Assembly (NCBI GenBank): GCA_016779525.1
Contig: JADHNL010000002.1
Span: 4,437-68,436, forward strand
DNA: 64,000 bases
DNA from: SAR86 cluster bacterium
GTDB lineage: Bacteria > Pseudomonadota > Gammaproteobacteria > Magnimaribacterales > TMED112
Direction of reading: 5' to 3'
Under the pieces are notes generated by a model. It was not told the DNA's origin. It worked only from the letters and a program-made list of their open reading frames with translations, and ran no database searches. A program made the position numbers and the translations under genes. Below are positions 62,472-64,000 of this stretch, one piece after another (positions within the stretch are counted from its first letter, which is position 1; the number at the start of each line of letters is the position of its first letter).

Positions 62472-62478
62472 AGACGCT

Positions 62479-62556
62479 GCTCCTTTTTTACCATGGAGTA
62501 TGGTTTAACTTTTAACCCATGTTATATGGGCTCCTTTTAACCCATGGAGTATGGGG
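62479..62556 (-). promoter_or_regulatory. Three tandem mini hairpin / H-type pseudoknot units in the porin-amtB leader
   Basis: On the minus strand: CCCAU-ACUCC-AUGGG-UUAAAA-GGAG; CCCAU-AUAAC-AUGGG-UUAAAA-GUUA; CCAU-ACUCC-AUGG-UAAAAAA-GGAG. In each unit the loop 4-mer is complementary to the 4-mer after the A-rich linker. Confidence 0.6.
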
Positions 62557-62604
62557 ATAAAAAATATCTTCTTTATAAACACCATTTATAAATTAACATA
62601 AACT

Positions 62605-62633
62605 AAATTAATGTTGTAAGATGTAAATGTCAA
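62605..62633 (-). promoter_or_regulatory. Candidate sigma-70 promoter of the porin-amtB leader
   Basis: On the minus strand: TTGACA (62633-62628), a 17 nt spacer, then TAATTT (62610-62605). This predicts a leader of roughly 250 nt. Confidence 0.4.
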
Positions 62634-62764
62634 TAAAAAATACCGAGTATTTGATGGATCCAGAAGATGCAGAAAAAATTGATTTTGCTAATCAAAGGGT
62701 AGCTGTGCTGGGTGGTGGAGATGCAGCTATGGAAATAATCTTATACCTAAATAAAACCTGTTGA
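62627..62764 (+). pseudogene. Possible relic of a TrxB/AhpF-like pyridine-nucleotide-disulfide oxidoreductase (45 codons)
   Basis: The short ORF MSIKNTEYLMDPEDAEKIDFANQRVAVLGGGDAAMEIILYLNKTC contains an isolated NAD(P)H-binding VAVxGGGxxAxE..LYL motif. The rest of such an enzyme is absent. Confidence 0.3.
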
Positions 62765-62827
62765 TGTTCTAACTTTCAAAATTAATAAATGTTTGAAAAA
62801 AAATCGTTCTTGATATACATTGAAAAT

Positions 62828-64000
62828 ATGGGCTTTTTTAAAAAACTTTTAATAAGTGTTTCAATAATATTATTAGTCTTATCTTGTGGGTCATCAGATT
62901 CACCGGCACCACCCCCAGAATTTAAACCAATACCTGTAAATATTTCATTTAGCGCTTCTAGTGAACAAGTTCCTACAGATGCTGGAGATGTAACATTAAA
63001 ATGGTCAGCACTCACAGCTACTTATTGCGAAGCATCTGGAGACTGGTCTGGACAAAAAGATACAGTCGGTACTGAGGTAATCACATTTACTACTACTGGA
63101 GATCGAACGTTTACTCTTAATTGTCGAAATCGAACAAGTAGTTCTGAAGAGTCATTAAATGTTTACTATTTTGTACCTGCTGATGGTTATTTAGTTGACG
63201 GCTATATTGAGGGTGCATATTGTGTACAAAGTTCATCTTTGGAGTATGACGAATCATCGCGAATTGTCTCGTTAACAGATTCTTTTGGGTACTTCAAAGT
63301 TGAAGATGGACAGGCAAATGTTATCTGCAAGGATGGAACAGATAATTCTACTGGAAAAGATCTAACTGGATTGATTCTTTCCAATAATCTAGAAAATAAA
63401 GATGTAAATAATTTTTTTGTTACTCCGCTAAGTACACTAGTTTTAAATGTAGAAAGCCAAGGGAATTCTAATCCAGAGGAGCTTGCCAAAAATGCTTTAG
63501 GCATAGATTCGGAGATAAATATTAATGAGAAAGACCCATTTTCTGAAAGAGAGTTTAGCGAGGAAAATAAATTTTATTTTGAAAAAAATGCTCAATCTGT
63601 AGTCCTTGCTCTTGGTTTATCGAAAGTTTTTTCACATTCCAGTACCAATGAAGCTTTTGATGGAATCGCAAAAATATTGATTGAAGAATTTCAATCATTA
63701 TCGCAAGAACAAGCAATTAACATAGAGAATAAAGCTTTTATAGAAAAAGTAATGAAGTATATAAATAACTCAATGGAATTAAGTGAGGTGCAAAATAAAG
63801 CTTTAAATATGTTGAGCACCACCTTGCCAATTATATCGGTAAAAAACACAGAGAATAACACTAATGCTGTAGTAGGTTTTGCTACTAATACCCTTTTAAA
63901 AGATATTGCAGATTTAATTAACAATAATCTGGCAGATGATGTTTTTAACAACTATAGTGACGCTGAATCTTTAGTTGATTATATTGCTGCGGAGGAGGGA
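62828..64000 (+). CDS. Putative lipoprotein of unknown function (3' end outside window)
   Basis: Not in the ORF track because it has no stop in the window. I translated 391 uninterrupted codons from ATG 62828: MGFFKKLLISVSIILLVLSCGSSDSPAPPP... (signal peptide plus lipobox Cys), then Ig-like and helical regions. The three minus-strand track ORFs here are shadow ORFs. Confidence 0.75.
   Translation, partial: MGFFKKLLISVSIILLVLSCGSSDSPAPPPEFKPIPVNISFSASSEQVPTDAGDVTLKWSALTATYCEASGDWSGQKDTVGTEVITFTTTGDRTFTLNCRNRTSSSEESLNVYYFVPADGYLVDGYIEGAYCVQSSSLEYDESSRIVSLTDSFGYFKVEDGQANVICKDGTDNSTGKDLTGLILSNNLENKDVNNFFVTPLSTLVLNVESQGNSNPEELAKNALGIDSEININEKDPFSEREFSEENKFYFEKNAQSVVLALGLSKVFSHSSTNEAFDGIAKILIEEFQSLSQEQAINIENKAFIEKVMKYINNSMELSEVQNKALNMLSTTLPIISVKNTENNTNAVVGFATNTLLKDIADLINNNLADDVFNNYSDAESLVDYIAAEEG

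Noticed and set aside
62452-62505. A 17-codon leader ORF (AUG GUA AAA AAG GAG ... UAA; MVKKEQRLIVHPLRGRK) spanning pseudoknot unit C and the 5' half of the riboswitch, plus AUG-GGU-UAA mini-ORFs in units A and B.
   Set aside because: No SD lies at a functional distance. The AUGs are part of the hairpin 3' arms, so they are most simply a consequence of the CCAUGG stem sequence. I kept this only as a remote leader-peptide possibility.
62491-62556. A plus-strand reading of the hairpins (CCAUGGAGUAUGG with GGA in the loop) as a CsrB/RsmY-like CsrA-sponge sRNA.
   Set aside because: There are only two GGA loops and no plus-strand promoter or terminator. The minus-strand reading gives a coherent pseudoknot with compensatory pairing and fits the operon leader.

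Overview
This is an AT-rich, tightly packed stretch of core chromosome. Gene order follows gammaproteobacterial (E. coli / Pseudomonas-like) synteny, so a streamlined marine gammaproteobacterium is likely, but that is inference only. I support about 70 protein genes:
- sdhD(partial)AB-sucAB-lpd-sucCD
- a MATE pump, a hexapeptide acyltransferase, pdxB, msrB
- murJ-ribF-ileS-lspA-ispH
- dadA-ampD-ampG
- groESL
- rpsP-rimM-trmD-rplS
- xerD-dsbC-prfB-lysS
- mdh, an SDR, nrdAB, a serA-like dehydrogenase, ung, ygfZ/sdhE
- rpoE-antisigma-degP
- lepA-lepB-era-recO-acpS-adk-tsaB-uppP-rsmJ
- rpmF-fabD-fabG-acpP-mltG-tmk-holB
- a secreted amidase, a porin-amtB operon, and a 3'-truncated lipoprotein gene

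I saw no rRNA, tRNA, CRISPR array, transposase, prophage or recognisable defence island, and no novel multi-gene protein system. The most unusual content is at the RNA and regulatory level, around the porin-amtB nitrogen locus (about 60.3-62.6 kb, minus strand):
- a glnA-type glutamine riboswitch;
- three tandem mini H-type pseudoknots upstream of it, supported by internal compensatory base changes;
- a textbook intrinsic terminator that contains the start codon of the downstream amidase.

Other notable points:
- ribosomal protein S16 carries 29 C-terminal AEE(A/V)P repeats;
- rimM, and possibly the acyltransferase, have conserved N-termini with no ATG/GTG/TTG start;
- the classic prfB +1 frameshift is present;
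- there are AmpG-VanZ and RseA-RseB-like fusions;
- NrdR and DnaA boxes are present, including a perfect DnaA-box palindrome upstream of ung;
- several genes are missing from otherwise conserved blocks (rnc, pdxJ, recJ, plsX/fabH, fabF/pabC).

All family calls rest on motif recognition by eye and on synteny. No searches were run.
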